This document shows, one piece after another, positions 31,677 to 42,195 of a stretch of DNA of 64,000 nucleotides. The stretch is from contig MTLP01000031.1 of assembly GCA_002009975.1 (NCBI GenBank), forward strand, positions 64,001 through 128,000. Reading direction: 5' to 3'. The translations under genes were made by a program, and so were the position numbers. Source of the stretch: Thermococcus sp. JdFR-02 (GTDB taxonomy: Archaea; Methanobacteriota_B; Thermococci; Thermococcales; Thermococcaceae). Below the pieces are notes generated by a model. The model searched no databases. It saw nothing but the letters and a program-made list of their open reading frames with translations, and had not been told where the DNA came from. Positions within the stretch are counted from its first letter, which is position 1. Each line of letters begins with the position of its first letter.

Positions 31677-33974
31677 ATGAGCGAAAAGATTGAAAAGAAG
31701 ATAATTCTAGAGAAAACGAGAACCTTATCTCCAAAGCTTGAAACCATAGTTAAGATAGCAGCAGTTTTAATTGGAATTTATGAAATCTTATTTATATTCA
31801 ACTTTACTTATTCAATCTACGATCTCTTTGAAAAAGTTGGATTAAAATGGACATTCTTACGACTTGATTTCCAAGATAAGCAAGGAGAAGCATTTGTCTT
31901 AGCAATGATTCTGTTAATAGCATATCTCCGATATCCTATACTGAAAAAAAAGAAATATCTCAAAAAAGTACCTTTCTATGATTATATCCTAATTGTTTTA
32001 AGCTTGGCTACCATGTTCTACATGTTCTGGAGATTTCCAACGTACATGATATACTACGATGTAAATCAATACGATGTAATTTTTGGACTTTTAGCAATAG
32101 CTCTTGTACTAGAAGCAACAAGAAGAACACTTGGATGGATTTTGCCCGCAATAGTCACCGTGTTTTTAATCTATGGAATAAGAGATACTGGATTTAACTG
32201 GCAACGCTTTGTGCAGTATCTCTACCTCGATCAGGGTATATTTGGAATTCCCTTTTATGTCATGACAATCTATGTTTTCGCCTTTGTGTTCTTTGGAGCA
32301 TTCTTGTTAAAAATTGGAGTGAGTGATTATATAACAGAATTTATGATAACACTCTTTGGTCCTCGTTCTGGAGGACCAGCAAAGTCTGCAGTTGTTTCAA
32401 GTGGACTTATGGGTACTGTAAGTGGAAGTTCAGTAGCCAATGTTTTAACAACCGGAACTTTTACAATTCCTCTAATGAAGAAAGCGGGATATCCACCGGA
32501 AATTGCAGGAGCTGTTGAACCAGTTGCTTCGACAGGAGGACAGCTAATGCCTCCAATCATGGGTGCTGCTGCATTTATTATGGCACAATTCTTAGGAGTG
32601 CCTTATAACAAACTGATAATTGCAGCAGTATTGCCAGCTCTAATCTACTATTCAGGTGTTTACCTCTTTATCGATCTCGAAACTAAACGTTTGGGATTAA
32701 AAGGAATGCCAAGGGAATACTTTACACCATTAAAGTATTTCATCAGAAAGCTCTACATTCTACTGCCAATAGTGGTCATAACCGTGGCTTTAGTGTGGGG
32801 AATTGCTCCTCATATAGCGGCAATATCTTCATTAGGAATAGCAATCTGGGTGGCGTGGATATCAAAAGATGAAATACCAGGACATGAACAACTATATGTC
32901 GGTGTTGTACTCCTTACTTTACTTCTCATGTTCAGTGGAGAAAATGTTGCAAAATATGCCGCAATAACCCTTACCCTGATAGCAACCGCGCTGATAATAT
33001 TGGCGTTTACATCCAAACATGTTGAAATGAATGAAAAGTTTTACATAAGCTTGCTGTTCATAATTTTCATTGCTTTCGCAAAATTCTTGGGCATAAGAAA
33101 AGAATCAATTCTATTAATGACTGGGGTCTTTGGAATAGTGTTTTCATTAATAGTCGGTCGTCTTTCTAAGAGTGAAGAAGGGAAGACAATGTACAGTGCA
33201 ACTTATACATCGATGATTGATGCTGGAAAAACGAGTACGAGCGTTATGCTCGCAGCTGCAAGTGCAGGTCTAATCCAAGGAGTTCTTACTATGACTGGAT
33301 TAGTTACAAGTTTAGGCTACAGATTAGTGGATCTCGCTGGAGGAAATCTGCTACTACTCTTAATGATGGCAATGGTATTCAGCCTTATACTTGGAATGGG
33401 TGTTCCAACAACAGCTAACTACGTTATAACATCTCTCGTTGCTGCACCTGCAGTATTTAACGCTGTGGCTAATGTGGGGATGTATGGACAACCAGTTCCT
33501 GGATATGGAACCCCAATAGCACTTCTCGCAGCACACTTCTTTGTGTTCTACTTTGGAATCCTTGCTGATTTAACTCCTCCTGTAGCCCTAGCAGCATATG
33601 CAGGTTCAGCTCTAGCTGGAGGAGACTTCTGGAAAACAGCGAGAAATTCTGTTAAATATGCTTTAGCAGGATACATTGGTCCATACATATATTTCCACCA
33701 CCCAGAAATGTTTTTAATCACAGTAACCTCATGGAATTTAATGACAGCGCTTAGAATACTCTACTACTTCCTAGCAACAATAATGATCATGTACCTCTTT
33801 GCAATTGCAATAACCGGATACCTCAATAAGACCTTAAGAAAAGAAATCAGAATAGCTTTGGGAGCATTAGGCTTTGCAGGTGCAACGTTACATATAATTC
33901 CAGTAACCTTAGGAGTATTAGCATTAGTGGGCTTAAAGATATATACAAAGAAGGCACAAAAAGTTAGTTCTTAG
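31677..33974 (+). CDS. TRAP transporter fused (4TM/12TM) permease
   Basis: SGSSVANV, ASTGGQLMPPIMGAAAF, GMGVPTTANY, TPPVALAA. Confidence 0.92.
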   Translation: MSEKIEKKIILEKTRTLSPKLETIVKIAAVLIGIYEILFIFNFTYSIYDLFEKVGLKWTFLRLDFQDKQGEAFVLAMILLIAYLRYPILKKKKYLKKVPFYDYILIVLSLATMFYMFWRFPTYMIYYDVNQYDVIFGLLAIALVLEATRRTLGWILPAIVTVFLIYGIRDTGFNWQRFVQYLYLDQGIFGIPFYVMTIYVFAFVFFGAFLLKIGVSDYITEFMITLFGPRSGGPAKSAVVSSGLMGTVSGSSVANVLTTGTFTIPLMKKAGYPPEIAGAVEPVASTGGQLMPPIMGAAAFIMAQFLGVPYNKLIIAAVLPALIYYSGVYLFIDLETKRLGLKGMPREYFTPLKYFIRKLYILLPIVVITVALVWGIAPHIAAISSLGIAIWVAWISKDEIPGHEQLYVGVVLLTLLLMFSGENVAKYAAITLTLIATALIILAFTSKHVEMNEKFYISLLFIIFIAFAKFLGIRKESILLMTGVFGIVFSLIVGRLSKSEEGKTMYSATYTSMIDAGKTSTSVMLAAASAGLIQGVLTMTGLVTSLGYRLVDLAGGNLLLLLMMAMVFSLILGMGVPTTANYVITSLVAAPAVFNAVANVGMYGQPVPGYGTPIALLAAHFFVFYFGILADLTPPVALAAYAGSALAGGDFWKTARNSVKYALAGYIGPYIYFHHPEMFLITVTSWNLMTALRILYYFLATIMIMYLFAIAITGYLNKTLRKEIRIALGALGFAGATLHIIPVTLGVLALVGLKIYTKKAQKVSS

Positions 33975-34002
33975 CTATTTTCTTTTTATCATTTATAAAA
34001 GC

Positions 34003-34833
34003 TCAGACACATCTTACACATTTTTCATAATCTTCCTTGCTTAACCTCCATCCCATTGCCCCAAAGTTTTCTTCTAAGTGTTTTCTGTTGTTTGCCTTTG
34101 GTATTGCTATTACATTTTCTTTCCAAATCAACCAGTTCAAGGCTACTTGTGCAGATGTCTTGTTGTATTTCTTCCCAATTTCGGCTAAGCATTTATTCTT
34201 AGCAAGTCTTCCCTTTTCTAAAGGAGTGTAAGCAATTAAAGCAATCCTTTCTTTTTCCATATAAGGCAAAAGCTCCTTTTCTACCCACCTATCCCTAAGG
34301 CTATACTTAACCTCATTGGCAACGACCTCATACCTCTTCATAACGCTCTGGGCTTCTTGTAAAAGGGAGAGATTGAAATTACTCACGCCTATATAGCGGA
34401 TTAAACCCTCATCCACAAGTTCTTCCATTGCTCTCATAGTCTCACTTAAAGGCACGTCTGGATTGGGCCAATGTAAAAGATAGAGATCAATGTAAGTGTT
34501 GAGCCTTTTTACACTATTCTTGGCGGCTTTTAGAACATCCTTATACCTAAAGTGGCTTGGCCAAACTTTACTTATAATAAAGATACTTTCCCTTTCATAT
34601 TCTTTAATCGCTTTTCCAACTATCTCCTCACTATGTCCAGCACCATAAAACTCTGCCGTGTCGATTAAATTGATTCCTAATTCCAATCCATATCTTAAAG
34701 CTTCAATACTTTCATTATCGTTTGAGTAGTCCGGAGTTTCATAACCTCCAATACCCCATGTACCCATCCCAATTGCCGTTACTTTATCTTCACCAATAAC
34801 TTTGAGATCTTTAAAAACATTAACTCCCTTCAT
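34003..34833 (-). CDS. Aldo/keto reductase
   Basis: GMGTW, DTAEFY, DLYLLHWP, IGVSNF, IPK. Confidence 0.92.
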   Translation of the reverse strand: MKGVNVFKDLKVIGEDKVTAIGMGTWGIGGYETPDYSNDNESIEALRYGLELGINLIDTAEFYGAGHSEEIVGKAIKEYERESIFIISKVWPSHFRYKDVLKAAKNSVKRLNTYIDLYLLHWPNPDVPLSETMRAMEELVDEGLIRYIGVSNFNLSLLQEAQSVMKRYEVVANEVKYSLRDRWVEKELLPYMEKERIALIAYTPLEKGRLAKNKCLAEIGKKYNKTSAQVALNWLIWKENVIAIPKANNRKHLEENFGAMGWRLSKEDYEKCVRCV

Positions 34834-34993
34834 AGGTTTCACCTATAGAAAATTTGATATTCAAACTTATTAAGTTTGCGATTTGAACATTAAGATTAAT
34901 ATCGAAAACTATCTTTGAGTTTAAAAGAACTTGAAATTGTTATTCCACGAAAATTATAAACTTTAAGAGGGAATATTTAATTGGTGCCGATTA

Positions 34994-36136
34994 ATGGTAA
35001 GCTGGTATTTCAAAGAAATACTTCTAAAGCTAGGTGTTGATGAAGAAAGGATAGAGATCATGAGTGCTAAAGGTGGGTTTAGTGAAGATGAATTTGAAGG
35101 AATAAGGTACTTACGCTTTAAAGACTCTGTAAAAAAGCTTAGAAGAGGCACTGTTGTTTTTAGTCAAAATGATATAGTTCTGGGATTTCCCCATATAAGA
35201 AGAGTAGTGCAGTTGGAAAATGGTGTGCAGAGGGTCTTTAAGAACAAGCCATTTTATGTTGAAGAAAAAATAGATGGTTATAATGTCAGAGTTGTGAAAG
35301 TTAATGATAAAATTCTTGCCATAACTCGAGGTGGCTTTATCTGTCCCTTTACCACAGAGAGAATAGATGACTTCATTAATGTTGACTTCTTTAAAGATTA
35401 TCCCAATTTGATTCTCTGCGGAGAAATGGCTGGTCCAGAAAGCCCTTATTTAGTAGAAGGACCACCTTACGTTAAAGAGGATATACAGTTTTTCCTTTTT
35501 GATATCCAAGAAAAGAGAACTGGAAAATCTTTAACTGTTGAAGAAAGGCTAAAGTTAGCAGAGGAATATGGAATTCCTCATGTGGAAGTTTTTGGAAAGT
35601 ACAGCATAAAGCAGATAAAAGAGCTTCATGAACTGGTAGAAAGATTGGCTGAGGAAAGGAGAGAAGGAATAGTTATGAAAAGCCCAGATATGAAAAAAGT
35701 TGTGAAATACGTAAGTCCTTATTCAAACATAAATGACATCAAAATAGGTTCTAGGCTTTTCTTTGACTTACCATATGGCTACTTTATGCAGAGAATTAAA
35801 AGATTGGCATTTTATTTGGCAGAAAAGAGAATTAAAGGAGAGGAATTTGAAGAATATGCTAAAGCTCTTGGAATTGCATTGTTACAGCCATTTGTCGAGA
35901 GCATTTGGGATGTAGCCAACGGTGAAGAAATTGCCGAAACCTTCATAGTTAGAGTGAAAAAAATTGAGACAGCTTATAAGATGGTTTCCCACTTTGAGAG
36001 GCTTGGATTAAATATACACATTGAAGATATAGAAGAACTCAATAATGGCTACTGGAGAATAACCTTTAGAAGAGTTTATGATGATGCTACAAAAGAAATA
36101 AGAGAGCTATGGAATGGACATGCTTTTGTGGACTGA
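34994..36136 (+). CDS. ATP-dependent RNA ligase (Pab1020/Rnl3 family)
   Basis: EEKIDGYNVR motif I, TRGG, GEMAGP, REGIVMK. Confidence 0.9.
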   Translation: MVSWYFKEILLKLGVDEERIEIMSAKGGFSEDEFEGIRYLRFKDSVKKLRRGTVVFSQNDIVLGFPHIRRVVQLENGVQRVFKNKPFYVEEKIDGYNVRVVKVNDKILAITRGGFICPFTTERIDDFINVDFFKDYPNLILCGEMAGPESPYLVEGPPYVKEDIQFFLFDIQEKRTGKSLTVEERLKLAEEYGIPHVEVFGKYSIKQIKELHELVERLAEERREGIVMKSPDMKKVVKYVSPYSNINDIKIGSRLFFDLPYGYFMQRIKRLAFYLAEKRIKGEEFEEYAKALGIALLQPFVESIWDVANGEEIAETFIVRVKKIETAYKMVSHFERLGLNIHIEDIEELNNGYWRITFRRVYDDATKEIRELWNGHAFVD

Positions 36137-36151
36137 TGCAGGAGAAGAATC

Positions 36152-36739
36152 CTATCTCCCATATTTTTCTATTAACTCCTCTAGAATCTCCTTAAACTTG
36201 GCAGCATCAACCCATTTTATGCCCATCTTTTCAGCCCAAGTTAAAATACCAACATCAGCTGAAACTATTATCGCATCGAGTTCTTTTGCCAACAAAATAA
36301 GCTCAAAATCCTCTTTACTATCGATCAATCCCTCTCTCAAAGCTCTTCTATAATTGCGTCTCAATTTGTTGATTATTTTATTCACATCAGCCTCCAAAAT
36401 GCCCTCTCTAACTGCAGTTTCAGCAACCCTTAAACCTTTATCGATTCTCCTCCTAATGTCTTCAATAAGTTCATAGACAACAAAAGCTGGAATTTTCATG
36501 TCATGCACATTAGGAGGCTTCCTTATTATATAAAGCTCAATATCTGGAGAAACTTCGCTCTCATCCACAAAATGCATAATTTCCTTGTATATTCCAGGAG
36601 ATACGTAAAACTCAACTTTACCAAAAAGCCTCTCAGCGTATTCTAAAAACTTCCTCATAGCTTCAGTTGGCGTATCCCCAAATTTTTTTCTAACATCTGG
36701 ATTAACAAAAATGCTCGTATCGAGGACAAACCTAATCAT
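36152..36739 (-). CDS. RNA-free RNase P (HARP, PIN domain; RNA ligase partner protein)
   Basis: FVLDTS, RIDKGLRVAE, REGLIDSKED, SADVG. Confidence 0.88.
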   Translation of the reverse strand: MIRFVLDTSIFVNPDVRKKFGDTPTEAMRKFLEYAERLFGKVEFYVSPGIYKEIMHFVDESEVSPDIELYIIRKPPNVHDMKIPAFVVYELIEDIRRRIDKGLRVAETAVREGILEADVNKIINKLRRNYRRALREGLIDSKEDFELILLAKELDAIIVSADVGILTWAEKMGIKWVDAAKFKEILEELIEKYGR

Positions 36740-36794
36740 CGCGACCACAAGATTAATTATAGTCTTGCTTGCTTTTAATCTTTAGGTGAAAGCA

Positions 36795-37997
36795 ATGAAA
36801 ATAGGAGTTGTCTTCGGAATAAGTGAATTGGCAAATCCAAAATATTTTGAAAAGAAGGCTTCAAAGTTTTTGACAGACTTAGCTGGAGAGTTTGAAATAA
36901 AGGGTGGACTCTTTGTTTCTTCAAAAGAAGAAACGAGACAAGAGGAACTTGACTTTCATGATGTGGATGCCATAGTCTTATATCCTCTCACAGGAGGAAC
37001 AGAAAATCCACTGAAAGAATTTGCCTACTTCAGAAAGCCAGTAATCCTTTTTGGTGATTCTTACAACAATTCAATAGCTGCTGCAATTGAGCTTAGAGAG
37101 TATTTTAGAGAAAAACTAATTCCATCAACATTAGTTAAAACTTATGAAGAGCTTAAAGCCGCTTTACTTGGATATGAAGACATGAAAGAGATATTGGAGA
37201 AGTTTCTAAAATTAAGGCTTGGATTAATTGGGAGGGTTTCTCCTTGGTTAATTAACGAGGATTTTGAACTTCCTTACATTCATATAAGCCTAAAGAAGTT
37301 TTATGAATACTACAATAGAATAACAGATGCCGAAGGTTATAGAGCAGTTGAGAAGATAATAGGGAAAGCTAAGAACATTGTAGAGCCAAAAAGGGATGAT
37401 TTGATAAAAGCTGGAAGGATTTATTTAGCCATAAGACAGATAATTGAAGATTATAAGCTTGACGGCTTTACAATCGGTTGTTTTGATCTAATTGGAAAGA
37501 TAAAGGCAACACCTTGCTTAGCTTTAGCAATGTTTAATGCTGAAGGAATTCCCGCTGCTTGTGAAGGAGAGCTTAATTCCCTATTGGGCATGACCATAAT
37601 TAGAAGATTCTTTGATAAACCCGCATTCATGGGGAATATAGCTGATTATGGTGAAGATTACATCATTTTAGCTCACTGTACAGCTCCACTAATAGCAAAT
37701 TACAATCTAAGAAGCCACTTTGAGAGTGGAATGGGAGTTGGTGTTGAAGTTTTCCTACCAAAGGAAAAAGCATCATTGTTAAAAATCAAGGGAAGAAAAG
37801 CTGTTGTTGCTGGAGTTGAAGTTAAAGAAAGAGAGAGAAATGAGCAGAGATGCAGAACACAGCTTAAGCTTAAAGTTGAAGAAGCAAAAGACTTCATCGA
37901 TGGAACCCTTGGAAATCATCACCTTTTAGCTTACGTGGATAGTGAAGAGTTAGCAGATTTGCTAAGTGAGCTTGGCTTTGAAGTTATGCTCTATTGA
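36795..37997 (+). CDS. L-fucose/L-arabinose isomerase-like protein
   Basis: PCLA, PAACEGE, AHCT, CRTQ, GNHH motifs. Confidence 0.7.
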   Translation: MKIGVVFGISELANPKYFEKKASKFLTDLAGEFEIKGGLFVSSKEETRQEELDFHDVDAIVLYPLTGGTENPLKEFAYFRKPVILFGDSYNNSIAAAIELREYFREKLIPSTLVKTYEELKAALLGYEDMKEILEKFLKLRLGLIGRVSPWLINEDFELPYIHISLKKFYEYYNRITDAEGYRAVEKIIGKAKNIVEPKRDDLIKAGRIYLAIRQIIEDYKLDGFTIGCFDLIGKIKATPCLALAMFNAEGIPAACEGELNSLLGMTIIRRFFDKPAFMGNIADYGEDYIILAHCTAPLIANYNLRSHFESGMGVGVEVFLPKEKASLLKIKGRKAVVAGVEVKERERNEQRCRTQLKLKVEEAKDFIDGTLGNHHLLAYVDSEELADLLSELGFEVMLY

Positions 37998-38006
37998 CTT
38001 TCCTTT

Positions 38007-38732
38007 TTATGATTTCAAAAATGCGTCAACAAAATTTCTTGTTTCTTTTAGTGCTTCTAAAGGAATTCCTTTGGGTAATCCACCGATTTCTCCTTGGACA
38101 TCTTTTAAAACCCCATCTCCCGCACCAAGGAACATTCCCTCACTTGTTATGCCTCTAAGGTTTGCTGGGGGAAGTAGAGCAACCGCAACCCTATCTCCCT
38201 CTTTAACGCTCAAATCATTCGTCACGACTGTTATTGCCCTTTCTCCGATGTTTACATTACAAACTAAGAGTTTATCTGCATTTGGATGCTTTCCAACGCT
38301 CATAACTTCTCCAACTTTAATGTCGACTCCAATCACTGGATCATTTATTTTGCCAAAAGCTAATCTTTTATCAAGGTTTGTTAAGGTGTTTATCGCAAAC
38401 TTAATTTTTGCTATAGCCTCTTCAACCTTTTCTCTTTCATCCTTATCTGCTAATCCTAAGAACCTCTTATACCACTCTCCCCCGCCTAAAGCTTCAATTA
38501 TTTCACCAACTTTTTGTTTTATACCCTGCATTTGGGGAGTGTTTACCAAATCCTTGGGGTCAAGATAGGAATACCTCATTGCTTGAAGCTCTGGGATTAT
38601 GTGCTTTGCAGTATCAATTGCTTTCTTTTTCTCCCATTTACCTTTAAACTTTGCATTTTCAAGTGTCCTTATCATTAATTCAACTGCTTTTTCAGCAACC
38701 AATAAGCGATAATCCTTACTTGTGTCCCACAT
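38007..38732 (-). CDS. tRNA-binding protein with C-terminal EMAP/Trbp111-like OB fold
   Basis: HPNADKL, GITSEGM. Confidence 0.85.
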   Translation of the reverse strand: MWDTSKDYRLLVAEKAVELMIRTLENAKFKGKWEKKKAIDTAKHIIPELQAMRYSYLDPKDLVNTPQMQGIKQKVGEIIEALGGGEWYKRFLGLADKDEREKVEEAIAKIKFAINTLTNLDKRLAFGKINDPVIGVDIKVGEVMSVGKHPNADKLLVCNVNIGERAITVVTNDLSVKEGDRVAVALLPPANLRGITSEGMFLGAGDGVLKDVQGEIGGLPKGIPLEALKETRNFVDAFLKS

Positions 38733-39795
38733 CTAACTCACCCTGAATCTCTTCTATAAGGCTTCTCCTAATACCTTTGTGAGGTATTGCTTTAATAATT
38801 TTTAGAGCCTTCCTTGTATTTCCCAACTTTATGAACATTCTAGAGAGATCTGCTAAGATCTGAGAAAGCTCAAGTTCATCGGATATATGCCCAGCAGTTA
38901 TTAAAGCTTCATCAAGAAATCCAAGGTTCATTAAGGTGTAAGCGATATAGGACAAACTACTATCAGAGACACTAATATCACCGTTTAGAATTTGAGAAGC
39001 GATATCCTTTGCTATCATCTCTGCATATTTCTTTTGATCATTGTTATAAAGCCATCTGGCAATTTCAACGAGAGCAACTAGCCTGTCTTCTGGAGTTAAG
39101 AACTTCACAACATCAATTGCAGAGTCTATATCGCCGTTCTCCAAGGCTTTTCTTACAGCAGCAACTCCTTCTTTAAACGCGCTTTTAATAAGTCCTATCT
39201 TATTTTCGATCCTTTTAGCCTTCACCTTCATATTGAGCAGAGAATAAATCTCATGAATAAGTTCATAGAATTTTATAGCATCTGGAGTTGTGGTTCTTTC
39301 AGCTATCTCTGTTATTCTCCTAATAAGTTTCATCATTGGATCAACGTAATTTCCCTGTGAATTCCTAAGGAATTCCTTAGCTAGCTTAAATATCTCAAGT
39401 GCTTCATTCAATCTTCCAGAAAGAGCCATGTAATAGGCTACTTCAGTCAAAGCGTTTGCTCTTCCAATGTATTCCTTTATTGAAGAGGAGTGCTCAAGGG
39501 CTAGATTGAAGTACTTCTCTGCTTCTAGCTCTTTTCCAGCTTCATGGGCAATATATCCCAATAGAGCAAAGGTTTTTGCTTTTTTCCATTCCTCACTAAG
39601 CAGCTCAGCTATCTCCATCATCTCTCTCGTAATGATGTTGTAGTACTCTTCATACTCCAAGTTCCTTCCAATTTTACGTGCAATATATCCCAAGAAGTCG
39701 ATTTTTGAGTCTCTCCCAGAAACTTGATGAGCAAGATCAATTGCCTCTTTAACTTTCCCCTCCTCAAGAAGTCTGTCAATCTTCTCGAAACGCAT
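38716..39795 (-). CDS. Hypothetical TPR-like helical repeat protein
   Basis: Repeating helical A/L-rich units ([22 protein letters not shown]). Confidence 0.65.
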   Translation of the reverse strand: MRFEKIDRLLEEGKVKEAIDLAHQVSGRDSKIDFLGYIARKIGRNLEYEEYYNIITREMMEIAELLSEEWKKAKTFALLGYIAHEAGKELEAEKYFNLALEHSSSIKEYIGRANALTEVAYYMALSGRLNEALEIFKLAKEFLRNSQGNYVDPMMKLIRRITEIAERTTTPDAIKFYELIHEIYSLLNMKVKAKRIENKIGLIKSAFKEGVAAVRKALENGDIDSAIDVVKFLTPEDRLVALVEIARWLYNNDQKKYAEMIAKDIASQILNGDISVSDSSLSYIAYTLMNLGFLDEALITAGHISDELELSQILADLSRMFIKLGNTRKALKIIKAIPHKGIRRSLIEEIQGELDVGHK

Positions 39796-39849
39796 GAGCT
39801 TTCACCAACTCTTTGCCCACTGTAATAAGTAGACCGCTTATTTTTAAAA

Positions 39850-40176
39850 TTATTTCCTTGTTCTTCTATCCCACTCCTCTAACATGGTATTTAATGCGAG
39901 TAAATTTGTAAGCTTCAGCTTAACTCTCCTCCTCTCGTAGTCTATTCCACCTTCAAAATCATTCAGAAGTTCAAATACAACACCTGGCTCTTTCTCTCCC
40001 AAAGCTTTCCCATAAAATTCTTCACCACACCTAGGACATTTGAATACGAACTCACTAAAAGCTTTCAAGAATTCCTGCTTATCTCCCAAAAGTTCCCTAA
40101 AATTCTCTAAACTCAACATTTGCTCAATCAAATCTTCCCATTTCAATGCTTCACCACAGATCGGACATCTTGCCAT
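39850..40176 (-). CDS. Hypothetical Zn-ribbon protein
   Basis: CPICG and CPRCG pairs. Confidence 0.7.
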   Translation of the reverse strand: MARCPICGEALKWEDLIEQMLSLENFRELLGDKQEFLKAFSEFVFKCPRCGEEFYGKALGEKEPGVVFELLNDFEGGIDYERRRVKLKLTNLLALNTMLEEWDRRTRK

Positions 40177-40180
40177 ATCA

Positions 40181-41161
40181 TCACCCCAGACTCTTTAAAA
40201 ACTTCTCAATTTCTCTCACTAAAAACTTTATAGCCTTGTCAAAATTTCTCTTTCCATTTGCTCCAGCTGCTCCACTATGTCCACCACCAGAACCATCTAT
40301 AATTGGTCCAACTTTTTCCATTAGCTTTCCCAAATGAAGACCCCTTTTAACCAAATATTCCCTTGCCCTCGCTGAAATCCTAACTCCTTCCTTGTCACTT
40401 CCTACAATAGCAACATCAGCACCCAACTGAAGGAAGGTTTTACATGCTAAAGATTCATAAGCAGAAACCTTTGAAATTGCAATAACGTATCTCTTAACTT
40501 TCTTAACTTCCATTCTTTGGCAAGCTTTTAAAATTGCCATTCTTTTGGCTTGATCTATGTTCTCATCACTAACTGGAGCAACTAAGTTGAATATTTCCCC
40601 CATTTGAATATTAAAAATACTTAAAATTTCACTTACAGTTTTGAAAGTCTTAGAGTTTGCAAATCTAAAATTAGCGGTATCAGTAACAATCCCAGCTAAA
40701 ATTGCCTTAGCAGAGGTTAAATCATAAAAGTTGAGATACTTTAGGAGTTCCCATACTATCTCTGCTGTAGAAGTCCTCGAAGAGTCTACCACTCTAACCT
40801 TTGCTTTTATAGGCTTTTTCTTCTCAATATGATGATCTATTACAATAATAACTCTATCTTTTGGAATTTCAACAGGCTCAAGCTGTTCAGGAGAAGATGT
40901 ATCAAATATTACGACAACATCTTCTTTAACTTCAGGATCTTTTTCAACCTCTGCAAACTGCAAAAGTCTTTTAGCATAGGAAGAAACACTTTGAGCAACT
41001 CCAATACGATATTTCAATCCTAAGCTCTCAAGATAACGAGAAAAAGCAATAGCACTACCCAAAGCATCTGGATCAGCATTATGGTGACAAAGTAGCAAAA
41101 AGGATAAATTTTTTCCCTTTGCTTGATTCATAAAACGCTTAAACTTTATTTTGCCCTGCAA
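40181..41161 (-). CDS. DHH/DHHA1 phosphoesterase (NrnA-like)
   Basis: HHNADPD, IDHH, TDT, GGGH. Confidence 0.9.
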   Translation of the reverse strand: MQGKIKFKRFMNQAKGKNLSFLLLCHHNADPDALGSAIAFSRYLESLGLKYRIGVAQSVSSYAKRLLQFAEVEKDPEVKEDVVVIFDTSSPEQLEPVEIPKDRVIIVIDHHIEKKKPIKAKVRVVDSSRTSTAEIVWELLKYLNFYDLTSAKAILAGIVTDTANFRFANSKTFKTVSEILSIFNIQMGEIFNLVAPVSDENIDQAKRMAILKACQRMEVKKVKRYVIAISKVSAYESLACKTFLQLGADVAIVGSDKEGVRISARAREYLVKRGLHLGKLMEKVGPIIDGSGGGHSGAAGANGKRNFDKAIKFLVREIEKFLKSLG

Positions 41162-41462
41162 TTTCCCTCAACCGTTTCTCAACTTTTTCATAAGCTTTTT
41201 CCAAAGCCTCTTCAATTAGCTTATCAACATCAACCTTCACAAATATAGGAACCTCTATGTAAGCTTCAACTTCCAGGTTTAGTGTTTCGTTCCTGTTTAT
41301 CCTTGTAGTAACCTCAATGTCCTTTACTTCACTCTTTGATAGATGCTCAAAAATGTAATTTACAACAGTTTCCTGTGCTAAATCACCAATTTCAATTAGT
41401 TGTTCCTCACTAAGCTCTGGTAAGCCAATATGAACAACCCTTACATGCTCCACTTTCTTCAC
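41139..41462 (-). CDS. DUF3194-like protein
   Basis: IGLPELSEEQLIEIG; conserved position after pfdB. Confidence 0.7.
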   Translation of the reverse strand: MKKVEHVRVVHIGLPELSEEQLIEIGDLAQETVVNYIFEHLSKSEVKDIEVTTRINRNETLNLEVEAYIEVPIFVKVDVDKLIEEALEKAYEKVEKRLREIAGQNKV

Positions 41463-41484
41463 CTAAAAGAGGAAGTAAAAGGAA

Positions 41485-41838
41485 TTAACCAGCAACTCCC
41501 CCTCTTAAAGCCGCCTGTATCTTTTGAGTGAGCTCCTTAATCTTCTCGTTGAGTTTTTGTTCTTGCCTTTCTAAAGCACTGAGTCTTACTTCCAAAGTTT
41601 CAAGCTTATCTTTAAGCTCATCTAGAGATTTCTGCTTATTGGTCTTGACGATTAAAGTCCCTACCGTTTTGTATATTGAAGTGTCCTCTTCGACTTTCTC
41701 TATTTCTTCTATTGCCTTCTTAACGTCATTTAAGTCAATTTGGACTTTTTGCTTTTGCTGAATAACCAATTGAAGTTGCTGTTGATAGCTCTCAAGCTGT
41801 CCCAATAAAGCTTGAACTTGGGGTGGAATGTTCTGCAT
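41485..41838 (-). CDS. pfdB: Prefoldin beta subunit
   Basis: IPPQVQ, YKTVG, coiled coils. Confidence 0.95.
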   Translation of the reverse strand: MQNIPPQVQALLGQLESYQQQLQLVIQQKQKVQIDLNDVKKAIEEIEKVEEDTSIYKTVGTLIVKTNKQKSLDELKDKLETLEVRLSALERQEQKLNEKIKELTQKIQAALRGGVAG

Positions 41839-41941
41839 CTTAACACCTCCATAACCGTGAATTTCACTTCCTCTTTAAGTTTAGACATTTGCTTAAAAAG
41901 GCTTTCCATCGGTTTCTACAAAGGTCACCTAATTTTGGAAA

Positions 41942-42190
41942 TTAGAGATCAGAAACATCCATAGCTATCTTAATCCATCTCAAATAGGAGTTCAAAGTTC
42001 CCCTCAAAGCAGAATTATCCTTTGCGATGAACTTTATTTTTATCTTATTCCCCTCTCTCTCAAATTTAATCCTGCTCCTTCGATATGGAACGCTTTCATG
42101 TTCCAGAAGAACGCTCTCATAAACAACCTTTGCTATCTCTTCATTTGGGAATTCAATCTCAATAATGCCCTTTATTGGGGCTTTTGGCAT
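41942..42190 (-). CDS. pcc1: KEOPS complex Pcc1-like subunit
   Basis: SALRGTLNSYLRWI. Confidence 0.85.
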   Translation of the reverse strand: MPKAPIKGIIEIEFPNEEIAKVVYESVLLEHESVPYRRSRIKFEREGNKIKIKFIAKDNSALRGTLNSYLRWIKIAMDVSDL

Positions 42191-42195
42191 GAAAA

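Noticed and set aside
37966-38568. Long antisense ORFs (this one, 17694..18200, 26298..26759, 24072..24491 and others)
   Set aside because: Shadows of well-supported genes on the opposite strand, with Ser/Phe/Ile-biased composition and no motifs.
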